A stretch of DNA of 64,000 bases from Camelus ferus (taxonomy: Eukaryota). Both the position numbers and the translations under genes were made by a program. The notes under the pieces are model-generated. The model had not been told where the DNA came from. It saw only the letters and a program-made list of their open reading frames with translations, and did not search any database. The stretch spans positions 62,498,001 to 62,562,000 of the forward strand of contig NC_045697.1 in assembly GCF_009834535.1 (NCBI RefSeq). The letters are read 5' to 3'. Positions 1 through 13,800 of the stretch are shown one piece after another. The number at the start of each line of letters is the position of its first letter. Positions within the stretch are counted from its first letter, which is position 1.

Positions 1-3000
1 GTGATCTCAGCCTTTTGATTGGATTGTCTGATGCCTTCATACTTAATGTTATTGTTGATATAGTTGAATTTATATCTGTTATTTGACTTTTTGTTTTCTA
101 TATGTCAACATTTTTTTGGTTCCATTGTTTCTACTTCACTGTTTTCTTTTGCGTAAAGTGAATACTTTCTAGTGTAACATTGTAATTCCTTTAATTGTAT
201 TTCAGTATTTTTTGAGTTATTTTCTTTGTGGTTGCTCTAGAGCTTATGATATGTACCTGACTTACCAGAATCTACTTCAAACTTATACCAACTTAATTCC
301 AGTGAGCTATAGATTTTACTCCTTTATAGCTCTATTCCCTCTTGCTTTTTTGTGCTATTATTATTATATATGTTACATTTATGTATGCTACAGATCCAAC
401 AACACCTTCTTATAATTGTTACTTTATATAACTTTATATTTTTTAAAGAAGTTGAGAGAGGAAGTGACAACATGAATATATTTATGGAGTTTGTTATGTT
501 AACCTTTTCATTTACTATTTCTGGTTCTCTTCATTTGTTCCTGTGGATTTGAGTTACTATCTGGTTCCATTTCCTCACTTCAGTATAGCTTTGTTCCCAC
601 ACAATCTTTGTGATGTTATTGTCAAATACATTGTATTTCAAAATGTTTTAGTTTTATGACACAATTATATACATATTGTTTTACGCAATTTCTTTTGAAT
701 CAGCTAATGGAAGAAAGGGGAAGAAATATGCAACTATACCGTATTTTATAATTACATTGTTGCCTTATTGGCATTCTATTTTATTATAAGTAGATATGAA
801 TTACTCTCTGGTTCTACTTGCTTTCAGTCTGAACAAATTCCTTTAGAACTTGTAGGGTGAGTCCACTAGCAACAAGTTCTCCTAGTTTTTGTTTACATGG
901 GAATGACTTTATTTTGCATTCATTTTGAATGTTAGTTTTGCTAGATACAGATACTTGGTGGATAGATTTTTTTTTCCTTTAGCCCTTGGAATATGTTATC
1001 CCACTGCTTCTTGTCCTTCATTGTTTCACAAGTGAAGTCAGCTTTTAGTTTATTAGGACTCCCCTGTATGTGGTGAGTCTGCTCCTCTTACTGCTTCCAG
1101 GAGTCCTCTTTCTCTTTGTTTTCAGCATTACCACTATGATATGTCTGGATGTCAATCTCTTGCATTTCGGTTATTGAGCTACTTTAGATGTGTAGGTAAT
1201 GTTTTTCATCAAACTTGGTAATTTTCAGCCATTATTTATTCACTTGTTTTTTTTTTTTTAGCTCTTATCTTTTCTCCTCTATGATACTCTCATTGCACAA
1301 ATGTTGGTGAATTTGATATTGTCCTGTAGTTCTGTGAGACAGTTAATTATTTTTTCATTCATTTTTCCTCTATTCTTAAGATGATTCTTCAAGTTTGCCG
1401 ATTGTTTCCTCTGCCAGATCAAATCTGCTACTGGGCAACTCTTATACATTTTTCATTTTGGTTATGTACTTTTCATTTAATATGTATATGTTCATATATA
1501 TGTGTGTATATACAAATATAATTTCTGTCTCTTTATTAATGTTCTCTATTTAACTGAATGTTGTCATCATACCTTTTTTACTTATTAAGCAGGGTTTCCT
1601 TTGTTCTTTGAACATATTAATAATAGCTGCTTGAAGTCTTTGTTTGCTAAGTTGGATGCTTGGATCTTGTCAAAGGCAGATTCTGTTGCCTGCCTTTTTT
1701 CCTACTTAGAGATTATACTGTTTCCTATTTCTTTGAATGTCTTTTAATTTCTGTTGTAAACTGGACTTTTTAGATAATATATCATAACAATTCTGGAAAA
1801 TGATCCCTCCTTTCTGAGGCTTTTTGTTGTTGTTTGCTTGCTTAATATTTTAGTGATTTAGCAGGACTATTTTAGGAAAGTTTATTTCTCCCTCATCATT
1901 CATTCTCATTGTTAAGGATGTCATTCCTCAGAGTATGCAGTCTTCGGCATGCTCACAGTCATCTAGGGTGATTGTGATTCTAGCAGGGATCTCTTTGTCT
2001 CTCTCCTTAATATCTCTGTTAAGCTGTTTATATCCTTTGGTATCACACCCAGCTGTTAGCCTCCACTAATTTAGTGTTTCTTGCTCTATTTTTTTTTTTT
2101 TTGACAATATTCTAGGCATAAATTACTCCACACTCTGATCCAATTAAACTCAGTCTCTTTTGGAGGAAGTCTTTGTGGTTTGTTCCAAGTCCAGGGTGGT
2201 GATGAGGCTCTCCTTAGCAGTCTTTTTTTCTTGTTTATCTCTGGTAAACTTCCACTGGTCTACAGTTATACCTGTTGCTCTCATGGAATGACCAGGCTCC
2301 TCTTAATTGCTTATCACCAAAGTCTTCATTATTTCTGATGATGCACTTGGACTTGGACTTCCTCACACTCTATTCCAAATAAAGTCAATTCCTGTGGAGA
2401 GGGTTTCAGAACTCAGTTTTTATATTTTGTCTTTCCCTTGGGCAAATCTCTGCATCACTGTTCTGAAACTGGAAGCAGGGTCAATGGCTACTTCTCTTAG
2501 AGTAGCATGCCTGCTTTATGAGCAGGGTACTAACTAAGGATCTTCTTGGAATCCTACATGTCTCCACCCTACATGTTTTCTGGGACAAGGGCAATTAGGA
2601 CCCCAGTATTCTCATCCTGCTGCATCTACGGTAGAACCTCTGACCTATATGTGGGAGCCATATAGCAGAAAGGGACACTTGACCACTTGTGTACACTTGC
2701 TTGCATTTAGCCTCTCTGACACAGAGCTGGAAATGATAAGAAATGTTGGTAGCCTGGCCCTCTTGGAGAGATAGTGTAGCCATGGACTGCAGATTGAGGG
2801 AGAGGAATTTCCATCTTGCCACAGTCATGCAAAGCGGAGCTTCCATTCTACTTTGGTGGGGAGATAGGTAGTGGGATCATGGCTTAAATGTCACACTCTG
2901 GCCAGTCTTAGCAATATTTAGTAGATGTTCTTAAGTGAATATTTCTTCATTTGTTATGTGCCCATAGGATAATTTAAAGAGATTTTAATGGTATTTTAAA

Positions 3001-3075
3001 AAGTAATTTTCAGTAGTTGTGGTTATTTTGCAGCAAAGAGGGTCTGCAGGGCTGCTCACCTCACCATTCTGGGTG
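1..3075 (-). mobile_element. Old LINE-1 (L1M4/L1MC-like) 5' portion: ORF2 start region, spacer, decayed ORF1 and 5'UTR; continues past the window start
   Basis: T-rich plus strand with decayed antisense L1 ORF1 motifs (e.g. gaatatgttatcccactgcttc, gtgaagtcagc, ttttcagccattattt). Ends in ctcacctcaccattctgg, resembling old L1 5' termini. No long ORF. Boundaries approximate. Confidence 0.7.
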
Positions 3076-3129
3076 TTGTCTCCTCACATGGTGTCCAACC
3101 AGTAATAGAAGTTAAAATGTGTTGAACAG

Positions 3130-3350
3130 TTAGTGTTACCAGAGAGCGGTCTAGGAATTTTATATATTTTAACTCATTGAACTTTCACCTCAAATTTATG
3201 AAGTAGTTACTATTCTGGTTCCTATTTTATAGACAAAGAATCTGAGGGACACAGAGTCTGAGTAGCTTACACAAGCTGATAAGTAGAGATCAAGATTTGA
3301 ATCAAAGTAGTCTGGCTCCTAAGCCCCAGCTCTCAGCCCTTATGCTGTTT
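3130..3350 (-). mobile_element. MIR SINE
   Basis: attttatagacaaagaatctgagggacacagag...gatttgaatcaaagtagtctggctcc matches the reverse of the MIR core. Confidence 0.75.
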
Positions 3351-3857
3351 AACACCATTGCTCAAATAATTCAAACCCTCAATTCTGCTGACACCCTGCA
3401 CATAATCGCACCAGACCCCCTTTATATTATAATCAAGTATTTGCTCCCACAGAAAGTCCTTCAAGTGACTTTTACCGCTCCTGACATACTCAGAAATTAA
3501 AACTTTAAAATATGTACAAATAGTCTTATTTCCTTCATTCCTTCTTATTTTTCTCAGCCCACCCAAAGGGTCACATGTGTGGTTTCGATTCCTTCTTTAG
3601 CATCTGTATCTGGGCCACCTTCCTCTTGAACTGGTAGAATTTCTTAATCACTTCCAATGATGGATAAATCTAATTTTAAATCTTTCATGTATCTTAAATC
3701 TAAGATTCTGCAGGGTTGACAGATTACCACACAACTCAGGAACAAATTTTTCCATGTAGCTTATTTCTTAAGCACTTCTTCCTTCAGAAAACAGCATTTT
3801 CAAAGCTGAAGTGATGTTCCCATGGTCTAAAAACATTTTAATAAAAACTCATTAAAT

Positions 3858-3915
3858 GTTATGGACTGAATTGTGGCCACTCCCCACAAATTTATCCCCA
3901 ATGTGACATAGCAAT
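3858..3915 (+). mobile_element. MLT1-type LTR 5' fragment
   Basis: tgttatggactgaattgtgg...ccccaatgtga resembles the MLT1A/B LTR start; very short. Confidence 0.4.
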
Positions 3916-5149
3916 CCGTATTTTTTCTTATATTTCCTTATTCTCATCCCCTGCCTTCAAACAACTATCTGACTCTATGCTGCTTTGGCTGATGGGAGAT
4001 ATATCGCATGGTAGAAAATAGAATTTACATGCAAAAATGCAGGACATATACGTTGGATTTGGTTTTTTCTTTTTCTTTTTTCTTTTTTTTTTTTTTTGAG
4101 TATAAGCCCTCATGGATATTGTGGAAGGTCTTCTCTGAAGGTGTGGAGAGAGGGACATCGCAAAGAGAATCTTGGAGGAAAAAGAATCTTCCTCAGGAAA
4201 AGAGTAATTTTCTGAGACTGGGAGATGATGAAATCTCTGGGTTTCTTGAATGGCAGACATGCACGCCTTGCTTCTTTTCAGGACCCCCATGTAAGTGGTA
4301 GAGAGAGGAATGGCTGTACAGTTCCCAAAGGTTCATTTGCTCTACTCAGGGATGAGAGCAGTAGACCTGCCGAATTTGGGAGACAATGGTACAATGGGCA
4401 TTTCCGTAGTAACTAATACAGATGCTTTACAATTGGATGGGTCTCTGGAATGCCTCACTAATGATCAAACCATGAGGGTCCTTAGGACAAGATGACTGAG
4501 GTTAAATTTCAGCCTGGCCAAGTGAGGGTTCAAATTTGAAAACAGATTGGTTTATTTTAAATAAGCATATTTGACTCTTTCTTATTGAGATTATAAGAGA
4601 TTTCTCTGTACTCTATGGAGCTTTACTCATGCATGTAGCTGTCCCTATAGTTTGGCATTCCTAAATAATCCAGATTCAGACTTAGTAAGGACCCTCAGGT
4701 CTCATCAATATGAGGCTATCTTAATTCCCAAGAACTACTGTCAAATTCCTTGCAGTTCCAGACATCGCCACTAGAGGCCTCCCTAAAGAAGAAGCTTCAC
4801 TCGTGGGGGTTCTTGGACTCTTAAGACCCTGATCAGGAAAGTATACACACTTTGGTCACATGAGGTAGAATAGTGGTGTCAATTGAGACTTAGGAAGAGT
4901 AAAAGATGAAAAAGAAGTAAAAAGGGGAGGGAGAGGATGAAGAAAATGAGAGGATGTGTATAAGAACCTATACGTGAACTTTGAATTTTAAACCCAGCAC
5001 ATCACAGACTATTTTAGCCCCATGATACCCAGGCCCTCTTGGTGTATTTGCCTTTGTTCCTGGTGCATCTTTGGGAAGAGCTGGGAGGAATTCTGAACAC
5101 CCTCTGGGGTGGTAATACCAAAAAGTACTTGACCCTCTCCTTAGTAGTC

Positions 5150-5262
5150 CTGAGCGTATGCAGCCTGAAATCAGGCATGGCATTTTATTCAGAGATGCAT
5201 TTGCAGCACCTAACACGTTTCTAGGCAGATAGTAAGTACCAAAAATGTGGAGTGAATGGAGG
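5150..5262 (+). mobile_element. L2 3' end
   Basis: cagcacctaacacgtttctaggcagatagtaagtaccaaaaatgtggagtgaatg resembles the L2 tail. Confidence 0.55.
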
Positions 5263-7139
5263 AGCCATTTCTTCAACTGGTGTCACAACAAGGGGACAAG
5301 ATTAAGAGGCTGAATAATTTAAATGAGAGGTAGTAAGAAGTAACCCACTGTAGTTTTCTAAGGCACCAGGGAAACTACTTCAGTCTTAAGCCTTTTCTCC
5401 ACATTTTCTTATAGACTTAGGCGGAGAGTGTGGGTCTCCTGGGTTCAAGCCCTGGTCTTGCCATGTCTGAATTTTGTGACTCTGTGCCCTCTGGACTTGA
5501 ATTTCTTCTGTAATAAAGTATTAGTGATAACATTGTTTTAAAAAGCAGATAAAATAGTGCCTATGGAAATACATTAGAAACTAAAAAATATACAGTGCTA
5601 AGAGGACATTATCACAAATATCAGTGCTTCTTTCTCTACTGATGAACTAAAAGACCTAGTAAAACAAATATTTTTAGGAGAATCTAAACATTTGTATTGT
5701 GCTTACACACACACCACCACCACCACCATCCCTCTTCCTCCATGCGCACATCACTCACAATCACAAACACGTACCCCACCCCACCCCTCCTCCCCAACAA
5801 AACACACACATCACAGGTCTGAAAACATTAAATTTCTTTCCATATGGCTGGCAACATCTGGTGATTAGGAGTTAAATAAAATTAATGAGGCCTTCCATTT
5901 TTAGTAGTCATGTAGTCATCCCTTGGAAGCCATAGTTTTTTTTCACAGAAGATGTCTGTTTTCCAGTTCCTTTAAGCTCCAGGTTTTCCTGGCTGACCTG
6001 GCTTTGAAGTGTGCTCCCTTGCTGATAGAAAGTATTTGACTTCCTATAAAGAGCTAACCTTTCCTGTGCATCTCATTTAAGGCTCCCATCCACCCCTGCT
6101 GTGCTTGCTGGAAATCAGAGGACATTCTGCTTTGATTTCTTTATTTCTTCTTTGTCTATAATACCAAGTGTTCTACTTGTGTGTGTACATACTGTGTGTC
6201 ACAAGCTTGTTCTATAGTGCATGCTAATGACTTTCTTAGCCATGGGCATTTTATTGTAGTAGCTTCATGTTTAAATTGAGAAATAATTTATACTTCACCA
6301 TGCCCTGGCAACATCCATTGCTACTAAGATAGAAATAGTGTGGAATTGGACATTTTCTTGTGACATATTGCTAAATAAATTATAAACATTATCCTAGCAG
6401 ATCTGACAGTGGTCCATCAGTGACAACATAAACGACCATTTGCAATATCAGGTGGCTTATGGTTCAGCATGAATATTTATTATAATTTAATATGAATACT
6501 TAATATCTACTATAAAAGGTTGTATATGTCATTACCAGTAAAATTAAAGGGGCTTTGGTGATTTTAACATTTAAAAGTCATAGAGTTTAATAGCCTCACT
6601 AGGATCTTCATATTCTAAGTGATTGATTTTAAAGCTCCATAGGTTTCAAGAGGTGACTAGCAAGCTCATTTCAATTGCATCAAACTACAAAGAAAATGAA
6701 TCCTTCAACACCAGCTGGCTACTTATCAAAACAGATAGGAACTTTTTCATGCTGACTGTTTCAAACGAAATGAATACACAGTAAAAATTCTTCCTCTTAA
6801 TACAGTAGTCAAAAATATGCTAATTATTTTTCTTTTTTAAAAAAAATTCTCCCTTCTCTGTTAAACCGCAAGTGTCATTTAACAATTACTAGCATCCAAG
6901 AAGATATCTTAACATTCTCTGACTTCTTTGCCCTGTTTCCTAGCTGAAGAAAGCCTCATGCCATGGTGATGCCCGGTGGGTGGGGGCAGTCTAAAATCCG
7001 ACTTTCTGGCCTCTTTTCACCCGCCACTCCGCGCTTCCATTGTATCGGAAGAGGGGATAGATTTGGCAGTGTTACAAATCTCTTAGATCTTGGAATTTGA
7101 CCAATTTTTAAGTGATTTGTATGTGTTCGTGGGTGACTC

Positions 7140-7330
7140 AATATAATAAAAATAATAACTACAACGTGTAAAACACTTTATAAAGGACTTTTCATGTTCA
7201 ATACAGTCCTAGACCCTTATAACCAGTCTGTAAAGCAGATATCAATACTCTCATTTTCTGGGTGAGGAAATTGAAGCTCAGAGCAGTTTAATAAATTGTT
7301 TGCAGTCAGAGAGCAAGTAAATAGCTCTGG
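7140..7330 (-). mobile_element. MIR SINE
   Basis: ctcattttctgggtgaggaaattgaagctcagagcagtttaataaattg is the reverse MIR core. Confidence 0.65.
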
Positions 7331-7956
7331 TGACGTAGGTGATATTCTTCCTACTGCCCCATTTTAACCTTGCAATCTGAGGTCACTGAAGTTTTTAGTG
7401 TTTGTAATTACCTTGGGAGACCTAGGTAGTTATGTTGACAAGAGTCCCTGTGTCCATGTAAAAAACGTGAAAACTAGCCTGAGCCTTTGCCTTATGTTCT
7501 GAATCCCTGAGTTAGGGCTGCTGTTCAGGGGTCATAGGAAGTCAAAGCACCTATGGAAGAGTGAGCGTTTGTTTATCCTGGCTTGGAGGAGAGTGCACTT
7601 TGAAGCTGCAGAAAAGACCTAAAGGAACTGCAAAGATATGATGCTCTGTCATTGTCCAAATTTGCTTTCTGAAATGGTAAAGACTGAACACACTAGTTAA
7701 AAGAGCTGTAAATTACAAATGGCAACTGAGCCTTTTAGAAATAACACTGTTAGGCAAAGAAAGGTCTAGAGAGACAGGGTGAGTATTAAGAGTATTAAGA
7801 CTTCCATCTTGTGGCAAGGATGGAGGTAGAAAAATAAATGCTCAGACCTTTAAAGTGAAAACAATTATTCTGCATCTACATTATTGTCCACTGGGTTTGA
7901 CCGCTAGAAGTTCTGGATTAGGTTATGAGCCAAGAAGGAGATAGCTTGGGAGATGG

Positions 7957-8464
7957 TGTATTCATAATCTACTGCGAGTTACTACAAAATTTAGAGGCTT
8001 AAAATAACAATGTTTATTATTTCAAAGTTTCTGTGGGTCAAGAATTCTGGTGCAGCTTAGCTGAGTGGTTCTGGTTCAGGGTCTCTAATGAGGCTGTAGT
8101 CAAGGTGTTGGCGGAGCTGCTGTCATCTCAGTGCTGACAGGGGAGGGAGGATCTCCCAAGATGGCTTGCTCAAGTGGCTGTTGGCTGGAGTTCCTTACCA
8201 TGTGGGGTTTTCAAAGGTCTGCCTCAGTGTTTTCATGACACGCAGCTGGCTTCCCCCAGAACGAGTAATCTAAGAGAGGGCCAGGCAAAAGGTGCAATGC
8301 CTTTTATGACCTAATCTGGGAAATCAGACACTGTCACTCCCACCACATTCTAGTTGTTAGAAGTCAGTCACTAAGCCTGCCCCACACTCACAGGGAGAGG
8401 AATTTGGCTCCTTTTGAAAGAAGGACTGAAAAAGGATTTGTGGATATATTTGAAAACCATCACA
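7957..8464 (-). mobile_element. MLT1 (MaLR, MLT1F/G/H-like) solo LTR
   Basis: TG...CA termini, typical MLT1 motifs (ggcttaaaataacaatgtttattattt, gcagcttagctgagtggttctgg), perfect 5-bp TSD GATGG at 7952-7956 and 8465-8469. Confidence 0.88.
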
Positions 8465-8479
8465 GATGGGTTAGACTCA

Positions 8480-8503
8480 TGTGTGTGTGTGTGTGTGTGT
8501 GTG
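8480..8503. repeat. (TG)12 microsatellite
   Basis: Read directly. Confidence 0.95.
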
Positions 8504-9339
8504 AGTGATTTAATGCTTAGAATTAAAAAAAGGGATCTGAGACAGCACCATAAACCAAACTCTCATTTGACAGAAAAGAAAACAGAGTGAGTCTCAGTGG
8601 TTTCACCAAAACTCATGATTGTTATGGCAGACACAAGGCAAGACCCCTATTTGTCTGGATCCCAAACTCCTGCTTTTTTCATTTCCAAATACATGAGCTT
8701 AAAAAAATATTTTAATCTATTCTTCCTATGTGTTCGGAATAGAGTAAAAGTTTGCTAAGTTAGTTTTAAGACCTAGGAAACTTAATGACAAATCTCCATG
8801 ATCAGACAGCAAGTCTGATGCAGCCAGAACGAGGAGCAACAATACATCCTTTTTTCCCCGTTTCACAAACAGAAGAGGCATCCAAGGAAGCTGACCACAC
8901 AACACGTCGTGCTAAGATAGCAACCCCAAATCTTGCCTCCTCTGTTGAAGCATTTCCTGACTTCACTTCCCCAAGAAGTAAAACCAATGGTCCTTTCCTC
9001 TGTGTTCTTACTGTACATTCTTTTGTTTCAGAAGCCCAAAAACTTCATATCACCTCTCTCTGTCTCCTTCTTCCACCTTCTAGAACCTGGGCTGTATCCA
9101 CTCATTCTGTATTCCCAGCACCTCACACAAAATGATTGGTTCATAGCAGGCACAATGTTGACATAGAATAACAATGATAACATTGTCTTATGAAATTACT
9201 CAGTGCATTTCTCATTTAAAAACATAGTTGACGTTAATCTAGCACTTAAAAAGAAGCAAGTTTTATTTGTTTGTTGTAGGACTATCTACTGTGTAATCAA
9301 AGGTTCCACAACTTCCTAGCCAGACTACACATTTTTTAA

Positions 9340-9560
9340 AAGTATTTAGTTAGATATAATTGACATAGAATGGGTAGCTTAATGTATACAATATAATGAT
9401 CTGATACGTTTATATTGCAATATGATTGCCATTGTAGCATTATCCAACACTCTGTTGTGTCACAATTATCATAATTATTTTTTCCTAATGGCCGGAAAAG
9501 TTAAGATCTATCTCTTAGCAAGTTTAGTGTATATAATACAGTTTTGTTGTCTATCAGACT
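9340..9560 (-). mobile_element. Old L1 (L1MA-type) 3' end fragment
   Basis: gatataattgacata...aagatctatctcttagcaagttt...tataatacagt are L1MA 3'UTR motifs. Confidence 0.7.
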
Positions 9561-10617
9561 ATCTACATATATTTTTTGAAGTATTTGGGACAAATTCTCA
9601 TATAGAAGTTAAATGATAGTTTTTTTTTGTTGTTGTTGTTAATTGGCTTCTCTGTTTGTGGCACCTCTGGTCCAGTTGAAAGTGACATAGATGGCAGGTA
9701 CATGACAACATCTTCCTAAGTTCTGTTGTATAATTGTGAAACACAAAGCTTGTGCTACAGAAGAATATGGCATTACTCTTGACCACCACTAGGTGTCCTC
9801 TGTCAGTTATTCTAGGCTATTTACAGTACATTTTTGCTTGACTTGTATCCTTTTAAAAATTTCTGTACGATTTCACAAGCCAGATGTATTTTAATTATTT
9901 TTCTTAATAATCATCCTTAGAAAAGGATGATGAAGGCACAGTTGAAACTTGTGAGCCAGTCTGAATTCAGTGAAAAGTTATATTAAGATGGTGAGAAATG
10001 TTAAAAACTCTGAAGTTTTGTGAATTATTAAAACTTCTTTTTAGTGACATAGCTTTTCTAGAAATCTCCCCAAATTACTTTTGCTTTCTTCCCCTATAGT
10101 CAGTCTCTTTCCTCTTTGTATTTATATATGTCTTTATCTATAGAGATGGAGGGGGAAAAGGTCATTTCCATTTAAACTGAACTGTATCTATTTCATGTTC
10201 TTGGCTTTGAAAATTGTCTTTCATGCTGTGTGTTTTTTCCAGAAATAGAAATAATTGGATACTGCTGTAAGTTAAAATAAAAGTACTTCTAAGTATTTTA
10301 TAAGAGCAAAGGATGATAAATTGTAGTAAGAGCTGGCCAATCATGGGCAAGTGATGCTCAGTAAGCACCTCAAAGTTAGAAGTTTTCCACATTTTGCTGA
10401 GGACAATTTTAATTCATAGGTTTGGGATAGGATGCCCCTCTTTTTTAGAGTCTCACTTAAATATTTATGGTAACTTCATAATCTCATGGACTCTCTTTGG
10501 CTTCACTTATTTTATTTATTATTATTCAAGTATTTATTTTATGCTATTTGTTCAAATTTCAGCCCTGGAGTGTAATATAAAGATTTTGATTTTTATTAAA
10601 TCCAGAACTTCTTCAGC

Positions 10618-10643
10618 TTTTTTTTTTTTTTTTTTTTTTTTTT
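10618..10643. repeat. T26 homopolymer
   Basis: Read directly. Confidence 0.95.
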
Positions 10644-12849
10644 ACTGTTTTTTCACACCTTACATATTTAGGATATGCTCTCCTAGAATATGGTCTTCCC
10701 ACCTGAAGGGAAACATCTTTCAAATTCTCCATTTTTAACCTCTAATTCACTAGTTTTCTAATGCCAGAAATGCATTACATTAAATCATGAACAGCTTACA
10801 GAGAAGAGTTTAAGCATAGAATTGTATTTGTCATTTCCCCTAAACGTTAATGAATTTAGTAGGTTATTTCTAATAATGTTTGGATTATACAGACATCAGG
10901 GACTTAAAAGCATGAATTTATAAAGAATAAAGAAGTTGGTGCAGAATGGCTCCAAAGATGTATTTCATGTGTATGACTGGTCAAATAGAGCCATTTATTT
11001 AGTAGGTGAAGACTATTAAAGAGCTGCTAGTTAGAGAGCATAATACTCAGATTATTGTAGAGTAACAAAGATTTGCAAATTACTAAGGAAATTATCTAGC
11101 TAAGGTAATACATTAAAAGAAAAATGAAGAAGAAAAATTGCCATGAAGTGATGGATCAAGAAGAGCAAATGAAGTACTGAATGGTCCCCATCCCTACTTC
11201 CAACAACTCAAAAACACTTTTGGAGGATTCAGACAGTCATAAGAAGCCACAGTAGCTAGGGAAATGAGACAAAGTAGACAGAGAGAAAAGGGTGTTATGA
11301 GGAAGAGATTGAGAGAAGTAGACAGAGACACACACACGTAGAGAGAGAGTGATGATCCATTATAAAAACTCAGGACACCTTAGACGACAGTCAAGGGAAG
11401 GATTGCAAGGAGGTATTGGCAGTCATCTTTTTGTAAATGGTCTACACCTTCCTCAGGCAAAGACCTTACAAGTTTGGGAGGTGAAAGGGACTGATGCTGA
11501 AAGGAACAAAGACCATTCATTTTTAAGAAGCTAATGAGATTTTTGGTGGAAATTCTGGGGGACTAAGTTTGTTGCCCAGTAGTGCCTTTGCATTGGGTGT
11601 GGATTTTGATTCTGAAAAGCTAAGGAGAGAAGTTTCCAAAAGAGAAACATTAGGAAGATTAACAGCAGGTCTTACTTCTAAGACGTTGAGTTCAGATTTT
11701 AGGCATCGAACAAAAGGATGAGGAAAATGTTAGGATGTAAAGCCCTTTTTTATGATTACAAATATGTATTTTCTGGAATATCCACTGTAGCCAGATAGTC
11801 AGAGGTGACCTTCAATGGTGTGGGGCAGTATGAAAGCCAAAAAAAAAAAAAGGAAGATCCACCAGAGAACATTTTCTGTCCAACCTGCTTTGAACACTTT
11901 TTGAATTAGGGGACACAGGAAGGAGAAGAGAAGGTTGATCTGTATATGCTATGACCCCAAATGGATCATCTGATCCAAATTCCAGTATTTACAAAGAAGA
12001 TATGAGTTCACCCAACCAGCTTTTGAAATAAATAACCATATGTGTAAATCATTAAGTAGAATTCACAGAATTTCCAAGGTGAAAAGGAAATAAGAGAACA
12101 TCTGATTCAACTTCTGTCTCCAAATGAAGTCCTTTTACTGATGATGAAAACCATGTATCCATTTGAACATTTCCTTTCTGCATGAACTCCTTTCTGTCCC
12201 AAACTATTTTGGGGTAACTCTTATTGTGAAAAGGCTCAGCCTTGGATTCTGCTACCCTTTACAACTTCCATCTGCCCTGGCTCTCCTCTGGATGCCGTTT
12301 CCATTTAAGTATGTATGTCCATACAGAATGCCGTTCCTAAGTGTTCTCCTTCCCACACTAAGCACTCTCAAATCTTGCATCTGGTGCCTAAATAGTTTCA
12401 TCCCCAGACTCTTCCCCATCTCTGGGTGCTTCATACTCACTTAGTTGAACGTGGACAATGTCCATGTCAATAAAAATGAAAAAGAAGAGACTGCTGTCTA
12501 GTTGGTAGACAGCATTAAAGAGTGAAATAATGATATTTATTATGACAAAATTGGTCTAGACATTCAAAGTGATAACTGGATGGTAAATTATCAGGTAAAA
12601 TTACAGTTAGTATAGGTAGCAAGCCACCTTAGAGATAATAAAGCCAGAATTAGGAAGATCGATCTGACAGATTTGCAGCTAGACTCAGGGGTTCAAGAAG
12701 ACATGGAGAGGGCAACAAATATGTACTGTATCAGACACCCAGAGCGAGAAGAGTGGGTGACCCAGGACACATGGTAAGGCCACCAGCAAATCAGTTTATG
12801 TTCACTGATTACTTTAAAAAATGGCATGGAAACAATAAAATGGTGCAGA

Positions 12850-13800
12850 ATAGATATGGAAAAACCATTCTAACAATCATGGATGCTCCTTTTCCAGTAA
12901 ATTTTATATTATATAAATTATGCATGTGCATTTTAAAATCTCAAAAGTCAAAAAACTCTATGGAAATAGTAAAACTTACCTGAAATCACCCTACCAGGAG
13001 AAAACTGTATTTACCACTTGGTGATTATTTCTTTTAGCACATCCCTTTTTGCACACACATGTGCATATGTTGTATTACTCATCTGGGTCACGTCAAATAC
13101 ACTATTTTCTATGAACACTTTAACTTTTCAAGCTTTTTTTTCCTAAATAGCTCTCTTCCTTTCCTCTTCTGTTCTTTTGTCCCACCAATAGGTGATCTAT
13201 GTTACAAACCTCGTGTGTTACTTTCCATATATATTATCATGCTGAAAATCATATATATATATATAAGGATTTATTCAGTCATTGTTTTATGAACGTGGAA
13301 TTATATACATGTTCCTGCAACTTAATGTTTTTCTTTAAACCCCTCTGGTTCGTTAAGTGGAGCTCAAATGCATTCTTTTTTATGGTTGTCTAATACCCCA
13401 TGGTAGAAATGTATTAGTCTTTTTATTCTCCTGCTGAATGGCATTCTCTTTGTTTCAGCCTTTTGCCGTGATAAATGCGGAATAATCATCCTTGTATATT
13501 TAGCCTTACTCACTGATACTTTTATTGCTATGGGGTAATTTCCCAGGAGTGGGATTGCTAGGCCTATAGCCATGTACACTTTAAATTTTTAATAGACACT
13601 GCCAGCTGTCTTTCCAAAAAGCTGTTGCAACAGTTCACATTTCCATCTTTTTTTCTTACATCCCTGCCAGTAGTGGGTGTTATTACTGTTTCATTTCTAA
13701 CAGGGATAGCGGTTATTATTATAATCTGCATTTTTTTTCGACTACTAGTAACTACCTACTCATACCTTTGGTCATTTTTTATTATATGCCTGATTATTAG
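12850..13800 (-). mobile_element. Ancient L1 (L1ME/MC-type) 3' region
   Basis: ggtaatttcccaggagtgggattgctaggcctatag...gacactgccagctgtctttccaaaaagctgttgcaac matches antisense old-L1 3' ORF2/UTR; ORF-track 13364-13579 has an L1-like AIPLLGNYP. Confidence 0.6.

Noticed and set aside
3928..4495. Overlapping 63-120 aa ORFs, including a poly-Lys stretch
   Set aside because: Caused by the T-rich tract at ~4062-4097; no recognisable homology or convincing exon structure.
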